From UHGV virus genome UHGV-0373904: a stretch of 64,000 nt of DNA; one strand, written 5' to 3'. A program made the position numbers and the translations under genes. The notes below the pieces were generated by a model. The model was not told the DNA's origin, did not search any database, and worked only from the letters and a program-made list of their open reading frames with translations. This document shows, piece after piece, positions 16,801 to 23,365 of the stretch. The first letter of the stretch is position 1; each line of letters begins with the position of its first letter. Source of the stretch: a virus.

Positions 16801-16940
16801 AACAAATTTACAGAAGACCGTTTACAGCAAAACTTAAACAATCTATTTCTCGGTAAAGAAAAGGCGAAGGTTCGATTCCTTCACTCGGCAGATGTCGAGT
16901 TGGTGTAATGGTAGCACTTAAGATGATAAACAACGGTCTG
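16801..16940 (+). repeat. tRNA-array spacer element copy 4 (CAGAAGACCGTTTACAGCAA...AACGGTCTGG) enclosing tRNA-like fragments
   Basis: 8-bp closing stem agaccgtt/aacggtct; the interior holds a T-arm plus 3' acceptor-like segment next to a 5' acceptor plus D-arm-like segment. Confidence 0.55.
16863..16920 (+). pseudogene. tRNA-like fragments (T-arm gaagg-ttcgatt-ccttc plus actcggc, then gtcgagt plus D-arm-like tggtgtaatggtagcac)
   Basis: A canonical T-arm with 3' acceptor-like strand is followed 4 nt later by a complementary 5' acceptor-like strand and a D-arm; no complete cloverleaf could be folded in normal order. Confidence 0.4.
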
Positions 16941-17090
16941 GTAATTATCTTTGTAGATAAGTTATTAAGCTTACCTGTGAGTATGCGACCACAAAGGGTG
17001 AAAGGGTAAATTCTAGATTTAAACCCAAAAAGGCACATCGCTACAGACCTTAAGCAAGTCTGGGTAGCTTATCTGCAAAGATAATTTAAT

Positions 17091-17166
17091 GGAAGTGTAG
17101 CAGAATGGTGATGCGGCAGACTTTTAATCTGACAGGCGATGGGTTCGAATCCCTCCACTTCTACCA
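17091..17166 (+). tRNA. tRNA-Lys (anticodon TTT)
   Basis: Acceptor ggaagtg/cacttct, anticodon stem gcaga/tctga (one mismatch), loop ctTTTaa, T-loop ttcgaat, CCA. Confidence 0.7.
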
Positions 17167-17244
17167 AATTCACCCTTAACTGAGAAACACCTGCGCGGCT
17201 GGAAACACCCACTCAACAGTTTCTCTAACTAGGGTACTTATTCT

Positions 17245-17321
17245 GGTTCAGTCGCAGATAAGGTAATGCAGGGGTTTCATAAGCCCTATGAATGTGGGTT
17301 CGATTCCCATCTGAACCTCCA
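17245..17321 (+). tRNA. tRNA-Met (anticodon CAT); GGG/CCC in the anticodon stem is initiator-like
   Basis: Acceptor ggttcag/ctgaacc, anticodon stem ggggt/gccct, loop ttCATaa, T-arm gtggg-ttcgatt-cccat, CCA. Confidence 0.75.
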
Positions 17322-17322
17322 A

Positions 17323-17398
17323 GCTGGTATAGTTAAGAAGGTTATAACACTCCCCTGATAAGGGAACATCGGTGGTTCGATTCCACCTACCAGCACCA
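17323..17398 (+). tRNA. tRNA-Ile (anticodon GAT)
   Basis: Acceptor gctggta/taccagc, anticodon loop ctGATaa, T-arm ggtgg-ttcgatt-ccacc, CCA. Confidence 0.75.
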
Positions 17399-17413
17399 AT
17401 TTCAATAAAGTTG

Positions 17414-17442
17414 TTGACATTGAGATGTGACTACTTTATAGT
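17414..17442 (+). promoter_or_regulatory. Sigma70-type promoter inside the tRNA array (TTGACA-N17-TATAGT)
   Basis: aaagttgTTGACAttgagatgtgactacttTATAGT. Confidence 0.65.
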
Positions 17443-17445
17443 AAC

Positions 17446-17733
17446 TAAAACACTTCATAATATGTATAATTCAAACACCAATACATGAGCGTTAGACGTA
17501 ACACAATGTGGGGAAATTTGTTGTACATATTCTGAATAGTTTTCGTTGCGTAGCGTCTATTTTGAAAATTTAAAATAAATGCAAACGACAATGTTTTTCT
17601 GGCAGTAGCTTGATAGGCTAAACACCAGTGAGGTCTTCCAATCCCTCATCAAAGAATTTGGCGTACTCGCCCACGGTATGATTAATAAGGTGGGCATCTT
17701 TAAGGGCTTTCTAAGAGAGTCTTTAAAGATAAT
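17446..17733 (+). other. ORF-poor 290-nt segment downstream of a promoter inside the tRNA array; candidate non-coding RNA locus
   Basis: No tRNA fold found, no ORF of 60 aa or more; lies between promoter 17414-17442 and tRNA-Arg. Confidence 0.35.
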
Positions 17734-17810
17734 GCACCCTTAGTTCAATTGGATAGAGCAACGGTCTTCTAAATCGTTAGTTACAGGTTCGAATCCTGTA
17801 GGGTGTACCA
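17734..17810 (+). tRNA. tRNA-Arg (anticodon TCT)
   Basis: Acceptor gcaccct/agggtgt, D-arm gttcaattggatagagc, anticodon stem acggt/atcgt, loop ctTCTaa, T-arm acagg-ttcgaat-cctgt, CCA. Confidence 0.8.
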
Positions 17811-17952
17811 AATAGTTAGCAGATTACTTAGACGGCCTTAGCGGGTCTTCCTGTAGGGAGGTGGTCTGTATCTCATGTTTTCCAGAACATGTAAATAATC
17901 TGAGAAGAGGCTTGACAGTGTTGAGATAACAGGGTAAGCTTCGAATTATAAT

Positions 17953-18035
17953 ATGGGACGATGTTAAGACTCTAAGGCATGAGCAACGGCCTCCAAAACC
18001 GTTTCAAAGGGGTTCAACTCCTCCGTCCCATGCCA
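17953..18035 (+). tRNA. Non-canonical tRNA-like gene (possible anticodon CCA, Trp) with expanded D region and enlarged anticodon loop
   Basis: Perfect 7-bp acceptor atgggac/gtcccat plus GCCA end and T-arm agggg-ttcaact-cctcc; anticodon stem aacgg/ccgtt encloses a 9-nt loop cctccaaaa; D region is about 6 nt too long to fold canonically. Confidence 0.4.
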
Positions 18036-18048
18036 AAGTCTTATTAGG

Positions 18049-18136
18049 GGTAGGTAGCGGCTAATGGTAGCCAAACTGTCTTGAAAACAGTTGCCACTGT
18101 AGAGATACGGTGAGGGTTCGACTCCTTTACTTACCG
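18049..18136 (+). tRNA. tRNA-Ser (anticodon TGA), class II with long variable arm
   Basis: Acceptor ggtaggt/acttacc, anticodon stem actgt/acagt, loop ctTGAaa, ~20-nt variable arm, T-loop ttcgact; CCA not encoded. Confidence 0.75.
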
Positions 18137-18289
18137 CCTAATAAGATTTACTCCGTCCATGCTTGTTCGCATTGTCGGTTTATCCCTCGTGTATTGTCGT
18201 ACACTGTCAAAGCACCTAGTAGGTGTCACGGAGAAGAGATAATATCAAGCTCTCCAAAGGTTCTAGTCACCGGATTAAACAAGACTATG

Positions 18290-18312
18290 CAAAGACCTAT
18301 TTAGGTCTTTTT
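18290..18312 (+). terminator. Rho-independent terminator inside the tRNA array
   Basis: agaccta-ttt-aggtct perfect hairpin followed by ttttt. Confidence 0.6.
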
Positions 18313-18391
18313 AGAGGGCTTCTAAGGTTATTACAGCTTGTTGTGGAACCTTGTTGCTTAGGTTCTTAGAAGTTCTCTAAAAAGATTTAAT

Positions 18392-18468
18392 GCACCTATA
18401 GCCCAACTGGTAGAGGCAGCAGACTTAGAATCTGCTCAGTGTGAGTTCGAATCTCTCTAGGTGTACCA
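18392..18468 (+). tRNA. tRNA with anticodon TAG (Leu by code) but short variable region
   Basis: Acceptor gcaccta/taggtgt (close paralog of tRNA-Arg TCT), anticodon stem gcaga/tctgc, loop ctTAGaa, 5-nt variable region, T-loop ttcgaat, CCA. Confidence 0.6.
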
Positions 18469-18475
18469 AATTAAT

Positions 18476-18551
18476 GCAGGTGTAGCAAAATGGTTATGCG
18501 GCTGACTCTTAATCAGTAAGACGATGGGTTCAATTCCCTCCACCTGTACCA
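18476..18551 (+). tRNA. tRNA-Lys (anticodon CTT)
   Basis: Acceptor gcaggtg/cacctgt, anticodon stem gctga/tcagt, loop ctCTTaa, T-loop ttcaatt, CCA; paralog of tRNA-Lys TTT. Confidence 0.65.
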
Positions 18552-18557
18552 AACATT

Positions 18558-18633
18558 GGGGTCATAGTTTATATGGTTAAAATTCGAGTTTTGCAAACTT
18601 GGGAACTGAGTTCAATTCTCAGTGACTCCACCA
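18558..18633 (+). tRNA. tRNA-Ala (anticodon TGC)
   Basis: Acceptor ggggtca/tgactcc (G3-U70), anticodon stem cgagt/acttg, loop ttTGCaa, T-arm ctgag-ttcaatt-ctcag, CCA. Confidence 0.75.
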
Positions 18634-18639
18634 ATTAGT

Positions 18640-18714
18640 GCATCCATAGTTTAAACGGGAAAATTACAGTCTTCCAAACTGAGGTTGAGGGTTCGATTCC
18701 CTCTGGATGCTCCA
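18640..18714 (+). tRNA. tRNA-Gly (anticodon TCC)
   Basis: Acceptor gcatcca/tggatgc, anticodon loop ctTCCaa, T-arm gaggg-ttcgatt-ccctc, CCA. Confidence 0.7.
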
Positions 18715-18721
18715 AATTAAT

Positions 18722-18797
18722 GCTCCTATCGTATAATTGGCTATTACGGTTGCCTTGTAAGCAACTTATCAGGGTTCGAATCCTTGTGGGAGCACCA
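18722..18797 (+). tRNA. tRNA-Thr (anticodon TGT)
   Basis: Acceptor gctccta/tgggagc, anticodon stem gttgc/gcaac, loop ctTGTaa, T-arm caggg-ttcgaat-ccttg, CCA. Confidence 0.8.
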
Positions 18798-18887
18798 ATT
18801 CAGAGGTCAAGTGAAAGACCGCTTTGAGTCAACTGAAGACCGTAACAAATTCCACGGAGTTGAGTTAGCGGCACAACTCCAGACCTC
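18793..18887 (+). repeat. Structured spacer (agaggtc ... gacctct outer stem, inner hairpin ggagttg..caactcc, GAAGACCG motif)
   Basis: Nested inverted repeats; contains ctgaagaccgtaacaaa related to the CAGAAGACC spacer family. Confidence 0.45.
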
Positions 18888-18893
18888 TTTCAT

Positions 18894-18968
18894 ACTCGCT
18901 TAGTTTATATGGTAAAACATCACCCTTACAAGATGAAGAAAAAGGTTCAAGTCCTTTAGTGAGTACCA
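18894..18968 (+). tRNA. tRNA-Val (anticodon TAC)
   Basis: Acceptor actcgct/agtgagt, D-stem gttt/aaac, anticodon loop ctTACaa, T-arm aaagg-ttcaagt-ccttt, CCA. Confidence 0.7.
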
Positions 18969-18969
18969 T

Positions 18970-19047
18970 GTTCCAGTATCCCAATTGGCAGAGGATGCAA
19001 GCTCAAACCTTGTACTAGTGACGGTTCGAATCCGTCTTGGAACACCA
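18970..19047 (+). tRNA. tRNA with anticodon CAA (Leu by code) but short variable region
   Basis: Acceptor gttccag/ttggaac, anticodon stem gcaag/cttgt, loop ctCAAac, 6-nt variable region, T-arm gacgg-ttcgaat-ccgtc, CCA. Confidence 0.65.
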
Positions 19048-19052
19048 ATTTT

Positions 19053-19128
19053 GCAGGATTAGTTCAAATGGATAGAGCAACAGTCTACGAAGCTGTTAGT
19101 AGGGGTTCGAATCCCTTATCCTGCGCCA
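19053..19128 (+). tRNA. tRNA-Arg (anticodon ACG)
   Basis: Acceptor gcaggat/atcctgc, anticodon stem acagt/gctgt, loop ctACGaa, T-loop ttcgaat, CCA. Confidence 0.75.
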
Positions 19129-19146
19129 GATAAGCAAGAGGAATTT

Positions 19147-19389
19147 ATGCAAACATTAATCGTCGTTGAACATGAAAATCCCAATAGTATTGAGTTTGTA
19201 AGGGTTCCCACTATAGATACTCACATTTTCTTGAAAGTCGGATGGGAATGCGACCCGATAAAAGTAGGAAAATTTCTTGGTCATTACTTTGGTGGAAGAC
19301 AATTTAAAAGTATCAATTTTGAGACAGTATTACCAGAAAACTCAGAAACAGACAATAATACTTACCTCCTTACGAGGATTAGACAATGA
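19147..19389 (+). CDS. Hypothetical protein (80 aa) embedded in the tRNA array
   Basis: ORF with upstream aagaggaa RBS-like sequence. Confidence 0.4.
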   Translation: MQTLIVVEHENPNSIEFVRVPTIDTHIFLKVGWECDPIKVGKFLGHYFGGRQFKSINFETVLPENSETDNNTYLLTRIRQ

Positions 19390-19943
19390 GATACTTAAAA
19401 TATGTTTCATGGATTTTCTTAGCTTTGTTAGAACCATTTGCAGCAACCCTAGCAGTCATCTTAGCACCTTTCGTAGTTCCATTCTACAGTGAGAAGAAAG
19501 GGCATCTACCTTTTGGATTCAGATGGACGGAGACCTATGACAACCCTATTGATGGTGACAAAGGCCACGTTGAGAGATGGGCTAAGATTAGAAAGATTGG
19601 TAAGCTTGGTGTCTACATGCAGAGAGTTGGATGGCTCTGGAGAAACAAAGCTTATAACTTCTCTTACCATGTATTAGGAAGAGATGTAAAAGACGTTACT
19701 AAGTGGAAAGGTAATATCAACGTAAGTTCTAACCCTGAAGATAATCAAACAGGTTATCTCCTAATGTGGAACAGTAATGCTTGGGGATTATTCGCTTTTA
19801 TCCCATCAATTAAAATCTTTGGTAAACAGTTTTACTGGAGAATTTATATTGGATGGAAACTTAAAAGTGTTGTCCCAGAAGAAAGAGCATTCTCAAGGGA
19901 AAGAGTTATGTTGGCATTCTTTATTCATCCACTGAGAAAGTAA
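19386..19943 (+). CDS. Hypothetical membrane protein (185 aa) embedded in the tRNA array
   Basis: N-terminal hydrophobic segment WIFLALLEPFAATLAVILAPFVVPF; 4-nt overlap with the upstream ORF. Confidence 0.45.
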   Translation: MRYLKYVSWIFLALLEPFAATLAVILAPFVVPFYSEKKGHLPFGFRWTETYDNPIDGDKGHVERWAKIRKIGKLGVYMQRVGWLWRNKAYNFSYHVLGRDVKDVTKWKGNINVSSNPEDNQTGYLLMWNSNAWGLFAFIPSIKIFGKQFYWRIYIGWKLKSVVPEERAFSRERVMLAFFIHPLRK

Positions 19944-19951
19944 AGATTTAA

Positions 19952-20027
19952 AGGGGATTAGTTTACAAGGTTAAAACCTCGGTCTTTGAAATCGAAGAAG
20001 TTGGTTCAATTCCAACATCCCCCGCCA
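19952..20027 (+). tRNA. tRNA-Gln (anticodon TTG)
   Basis: Acceptor aggggat/atccccc (1:72 mismatch), D-stem gttt/aaac, anticodon stem tcggt/atcga, loop ctTTGaa, T-arm gttgg-ttcaatt-ccaac, CCA. Confidence 0.7.
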
Positions 20028-20029
20028 AT

Positions 20030-20108
20030 GCTCCATTACTCCAATTGGCAGAGAGGCCAGACTTAAAATCTGTGTTATGTATCGGTTCGAATCCGATATG
20101 GAGTACCA
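20030..20108 (+). tRNA. tRNA with anticodon TAA (Leu by code) but short variable region
   Basis: Acceptor gctccat/atggagt, anticodon loop ctTAAaa, 7-nt variable region, T-arm atcgg-ttcgaat-ccgat, CCA; paralog of the CAA tRNA at 18970. Confidence 0.65.
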
Positions 20109-20113
20109 AATTT

Positions 20114-20189
20114 AGCGGTATAGCATAACTGGCAATGCAACAGTCTCTGAAGCTGTCCTATTAAGGTTCAAATCCTTATGCCGCTGCCA
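20114..20189 (+). tRNA. tRNA-Gln (anticodon CTG)
   Basis: Acceptor agcggta/tgccgct, D-stem gcat/atgc, anticodon stem acagt/gctgt, loop ctCTGaa, T-arm taagg-ttcaaat-cctta, CCA. Confidence 0.7.
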
Positions 20190-20220
20190 CTTCTAAGGAT
20201 TCTTACGAGAGTCCTTAAAT

Positions 20221-20296
20221 GTGGCCTTATCATAAAAGGTAATGACCCATGCTGTGAACATGGTCTATACGGGTTCAAATCCCGTAGGTCACCCCA
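20221..20296 (+). tRNA. tRNA-His (anticodon GTG)
   Basis: Acceptor gtggcct/aggtcac, D-stem tcat/atga, anticodon stem ccatg/catgg, loop ctGTGaa, T-arm acggg-ttcaaat-cccgt, CCA; no encoded G-1. Confidence 0.75.
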
Positions 20297-20301
20297 ATTT
20301 A

Positions 20302-20378
20302 TAGTCCAAGTAGCTTATATGGTTAAAGCGCGTGTCTGAAAAACATGAGAAGAGGGTTCAAATCCCACTGGACTACCA
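20302..20378 (+). tRNA. tRNA-Phe (anticodon GAA)
   Basis: Acceptor tagtcca/tggacta, anticodon stem cgtgt/acatg, loop ctGAAaa, T-loop ttcaaat. Confidence 0.7.
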
Positions 20379-20394
20379 ATTTCAAAGGTGCTTA

Positions 20395-21129
20395 ATGAAA
20401 GAGATGACAGAACAAGGTAAGGAGATTTTTAATCTCTTAAAAACTGGTAAAGGGTTTTCTAACCCCCTTATTACTGGTGCAGCAGTTCTCGGTGGAACCG
20501 TAGCTGCCTCTACATCACTTGTAAGCTCTATTAGCTCTGTATCAGACCCTACAGTAAAGGATAAGCTTGTTGCTGCTGGACTTACAACAGTTCTGCTTAA
20601 CAGCTTTACCACGAGTCTGACAAGCACTACATCAACTACCAAAACACTAACAGATTACGGTCAAAAGTCCATTGATGAGTTTTCATCACGTATGCAGGTA
20701 GCAAAAGGTTACTCTAATGTTATGGGTGCAGCAGGTGAACAAGTTGGCTGTACACCGTTTAGTGGTATTATGGGCGTTGCTACAGAATATGGTCAAAAAG
20801 CTATTGACACAATTAACAGTGCACTAGATGTCGTTAATGATGTATTAAGTGACTTACAAGATGCTATTGACAAAGGTCTTGATACTATTTCTGATTTAGC
20901 TAACCAAGCTGTTAGTAAGATTAATGAAGGTATTTCGAAGATTACAGCTTATGCAGATGAAGTTGTGCAGATGATTGAAGAAGAAGCTGCTCTTATTGCA
21001 GAGTACCTTAAAACGAATATCAATGGGTTCTTAGCAGGTATCTTACCAGACTGGTTTGATGATGCTTGTAAAACTGGTGTGATTGACACTATTGCAACAC
21101 CAGAAATGAAGAACGCATTACAGAAATAA
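20395..21129 (+). CDS. Hypothetical Ser/Thr-rich protein
   Basis: ORF track start 20332 lies inside tRNA-Phe; the ATG at 20395 is preceded by aaagg. Ser/Thr-rich low-complexity N-terminal region. Confidence 0.5.
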   Translation: MKEMTEQGKEIFNLLKTGKGFSNPLITGAAVLGGTVAASTSLVSSISSVSDPTVKDKLVAAGLTTVLLNSFTTSLTSTTSTTKTLTDYGQKSIDEFSSRMQVAKGYSNVMGAAGEQVGCTPFSGIMGVATEYGQKAIDTINSALDVVNDVLSDLQDAIDKGLDTISDLANQAVSKINEGISKITAYADEVVQMIEEEAALIAEYLKTNINGFLAGILPDWFDDACKTGVIDTIATPEMKNALQK

Positions 21130-21130
21130 T

Positions 21131-21223
21131 GGAAGATTAACCCTAAAAGGTAAGGGAGCAGTTTGCTAAACTGCCAGTAGCTGAGAAATCGGTGTACCAG
21201 TTCAAGTCTGGTATCTTCCTCCA
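21131..21223 (+). tRNA. tRNA-Ser (anticodon GCT), class II
   Basis: Acceptor ggaagat/atcttcc, anticodon stem gcagt/actgc, loop ttGCTaa, 21-nt variable arm, T-arm accag-ttcaagt-ctggt, CCA. Confidence 0.8.
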
Positions 21224-21227
21224 ATTT

Positions 21228-21303
21228 GAATCCGTGACAGAAATGGCTATGTGCCTGTCTGCAAAACAGGTTTATAAGGGTTCGAGTCCCTTCGGATTCT
21301 CCA
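21228..21303 (+). tRNA. tRNA-Cys (anticodon GCA)
   Basis: Acceptor gaatccg/cggattc, anticodon stem cctgt/acagg, loop ctGCAaa, T-arm aaggg-ttcgagt-ccctt, CCA. Confidence 0.8.
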
Positions 21304-21340
21304 AGTTATTTTACTCTCTCTCAATTAAAATAATAATAAT

Positions 21341-21400
21341 GCCCTGCTATAAGTATTCTTCCTTTCGCTACCGAAGAGTATTTTTAGACAGGGCTTTTTT
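21341..21400 (+). terminator. Rho-independent terminator ending the tRNA array
   Basis: Long imperfect hairpin gccctg...cagggc followed by tttttt. Confidence 0.6.
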
Positions 21401-21525
21401 ACAGAGCTATACTTTATAAGAAGACTTATACAGTATGTCTCTGACGTACATTGTGGTTTCTCCTTGACGGTCTCTGTGCCGTCTTTTTTAAGGGGAAACA
21501 TGGTTAATTATTTGGAGAAAACATA

Positions 21526-21726
21526 ATGAGCGAGACCGTTTATAAAGAACTTTATGAAGCTAACAAGAAGCTAGAATTTATGCAGAATACTATCATGGCA
21601 ATTGCAGACAGATTATCTGTAGCAACAGGCATTGATATTAAAGAAGCATCTATGGATGCACTTCTTGATGCTGTTGATGCAAAGTTCGAAGTTAAGAAAG
21701 AAGAGACTGCTACAGACTCTGAATAA
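21526..21726 (+). CDS. Hypothetical small protein upstream of terminase (66 aa)
   Basis: ORF preceded by ggagaaaacataATG; too small for a typical small terminase subunit. Confidence 0.45.
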   Translation: MSETVYKELYEANKKLEFMQNTIMAIADRLSVATGIDIKEASMDALLDAVDAKFEVKKEETATDSE

Positions 21727-21747
21727 TTCTATTTGCGGAGGTGCTTA

Positions 21748-23349
21748 ATGGACTTAAATGCTGTTAAGCAGAAGCGAGTGGAAGATGTTAGGAAAGTCCT
21801 AGCTGGAGAGTTGGGGCTTTCTGATGAAGTAAAAGAAATTATCAAATCATTCGGTAAAGACCCCTCTAAATTCCTTCCAACTCAAATTCTGACTTTATTA
21901 AGATACACACCAGACCAAGTTCGCCTTATCTTTAAATTGATGACTGATAAGAACTATGTAGCCCCTCAGCCGGGTTCTCAAGAGGTCTTTTTAAATACTA
22001 ATGCTGACTTGGTTCTTTATGGTGGTGCTGCTGGTGCTGGTAAAACTGCTGCATTGTTAATGGACTCTTTAAGATTTATTGAAGACCCTAACTATAATGC
22101 TGTATATTTCCGTCGAAATACAACACAGTTACAAGGTGGTTTATGGCCTGCTGCAAAGAAACTATTTGGTAAGTTTGGTGGGATTCCTCACGAGCAGAAA
22201 ATGACTATTACATTCCCTTCTGGGGCAACTATTAAGTTTACCTACCTAGAACTTGAAAAGCACGCTGAAGGTCATCAGGGTATTGAATACTCAGCTATTT
22301 ACTTTGACGAAGGTACACATTTCTCTGCTTCACAGATTTCATACCTACAAACACGTCTACGTTCTGGTGCTGAAGGTGATTCATACATGAAGATTTCCAT
22401 GAACCCAGACAGAGACCACTTTATTTACGATTGGGTAGAACCATTCTTAGATGAAGAAGGTTATCCAGACCCTGAAAAGTGTGGTCGTATTCGTTGGTAT
22501 GTAATGAATGACGGTGTGATGGTTTCTGATTGGGAGAGAGACAAGATTCTTGAAATGTTCCCTCTTGAGATTCCTCAAACATACACCTTTATCTCTGGTA
22601 CGATTGATGATAACCCAATCCTTGACTTCTTAGAGCCTAAGTACCGTGGTAAGTTGGAAAACAACACCCCTGTAAACGTTGCAAGACTTCGTTTCGGTAA
22701 CTGGAAGGCTCGTGCAGAAGGTTCAAACTATTGGCAAAGACAATGGTGTGAGATTGTTGATTCACTCCCAGAAGATGTATTCGATGTTAGAGCATGGGAC
22801 TTAGCAGCAACTTTACCATCTGAGGTTAACCCTAATCCAGACTGGACAGCAGGTGTTAAGATGGGTAAATCTAAAAAAGACGGTTGCTATTATATCATTG
22901 ATGTAGTAAGATTTAGAGATAGACCCTCTGGAGTCGAAACACAAATTAATTTGACTGCTGAAAGTGATGGTAAGCGAACTGGTATTTTTATCCCTCAAGA
23001 CCCAGGCGCTGCTGGTAAATCCTACGCAACATCCCTCATCAGGAAACTTGCCGAGAAAGGCTATCGTGCAAGAGCTAAACCAACAAATAAAGATAAAGTT
23101 ACCCGATTTGCGGGGTTTTCTGCTGCTTCTGAAGCTGGACTTGTAAAAGTCTTGAGAGGTAGTTGGAATGAAGCTTACTTTCAAGAGCTTGAAGGCTTTT
23201 GTGGTGATGGCAAAACTAAAGATGACCAAGTGGATGCTACCAGTGATGCTTTCAACAGTCTTAACGAAGTTAAATTATTCAAGCCACCATCAATGGGTGC
23301 TCACACAGACTTAGTGAGAGGAAACCCATATGAGGGGCTTAGACGTTGA
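21748..23349 (+). CDS. Terminase large subunit
   Basis: Walker A YGGAAGAGKT near the N-terminus, size ~530 aa, sits directly upstream of portal. ORF track start 21733 is TTG; ATG at 21748 follows GGAGG. Confidence 0.85.
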   Translation: MDLNAVKQKRVEDVRKVLAGELGLSDEVKEIIKSFGKDPSKFLPTQILTLLRYTPDQVRLIFKLMTDKNYVAPQPGSQEVFLNTNADLVLYGGAAGAGKTAALLMDSLRFIEDPNYNAVYFRRNTTQLQGGLWPAAKKLFGKFGGIPHEQKMTITFPSGATIKFTYLELEKHAEGHQGIEYSAIYFDEGTHFSASQISYLQTRLRSGAEGDSYMKISMNPDRDHFIYDWVEPFLDEEGYPDPEKCGRIRWYVMNDGVMVSDWERDKILEMFPLEIPQTYTFISGTIDDNPILDFLEPKYRGKLENNTPVNVARLRFGNWKARAEGSNYWQRQWCEIVDSLPEDVFDVRAWDLAATLPSEVNPNPDWTAGVKMGKSKKDGCYYIIDVVRFRDRPSGVETQINLTAESDGKRTGIFIPQDPGAAGKSYATSLIRKLAEKGYRARAKPTNKDKVTRFAGFSAASEAGLVKVLRGSWNEAYFQELEGFCGDGKTKDDQVDATSDAFNSLNEVKLFKPPSMGAHTDLVRGNPYEGLRR

Positions 23350-23365
23350 TAGCTAGGTGAGAAGA

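Noticed and set aside
16721-16860. Short peptides encoded by the CAGAAGACC spacer elements (conserved in-frame QKT.YSK; 29-aa ORF from 16750)
   Set aside because: No start codon or RBS in most copies and conservation fits nucleotide-level pairing better; interpreted as RNA/DNA elements.
16079-17038. ORF-track entries 16079..16330 (-), 16233..16472 (+), 16808..17038 (-) and 18110..18304 (+)
   Set aside because: They overlap tRNA genes and structured spacers, lack RBS context and have no recognisable protein features; treated as spurious.
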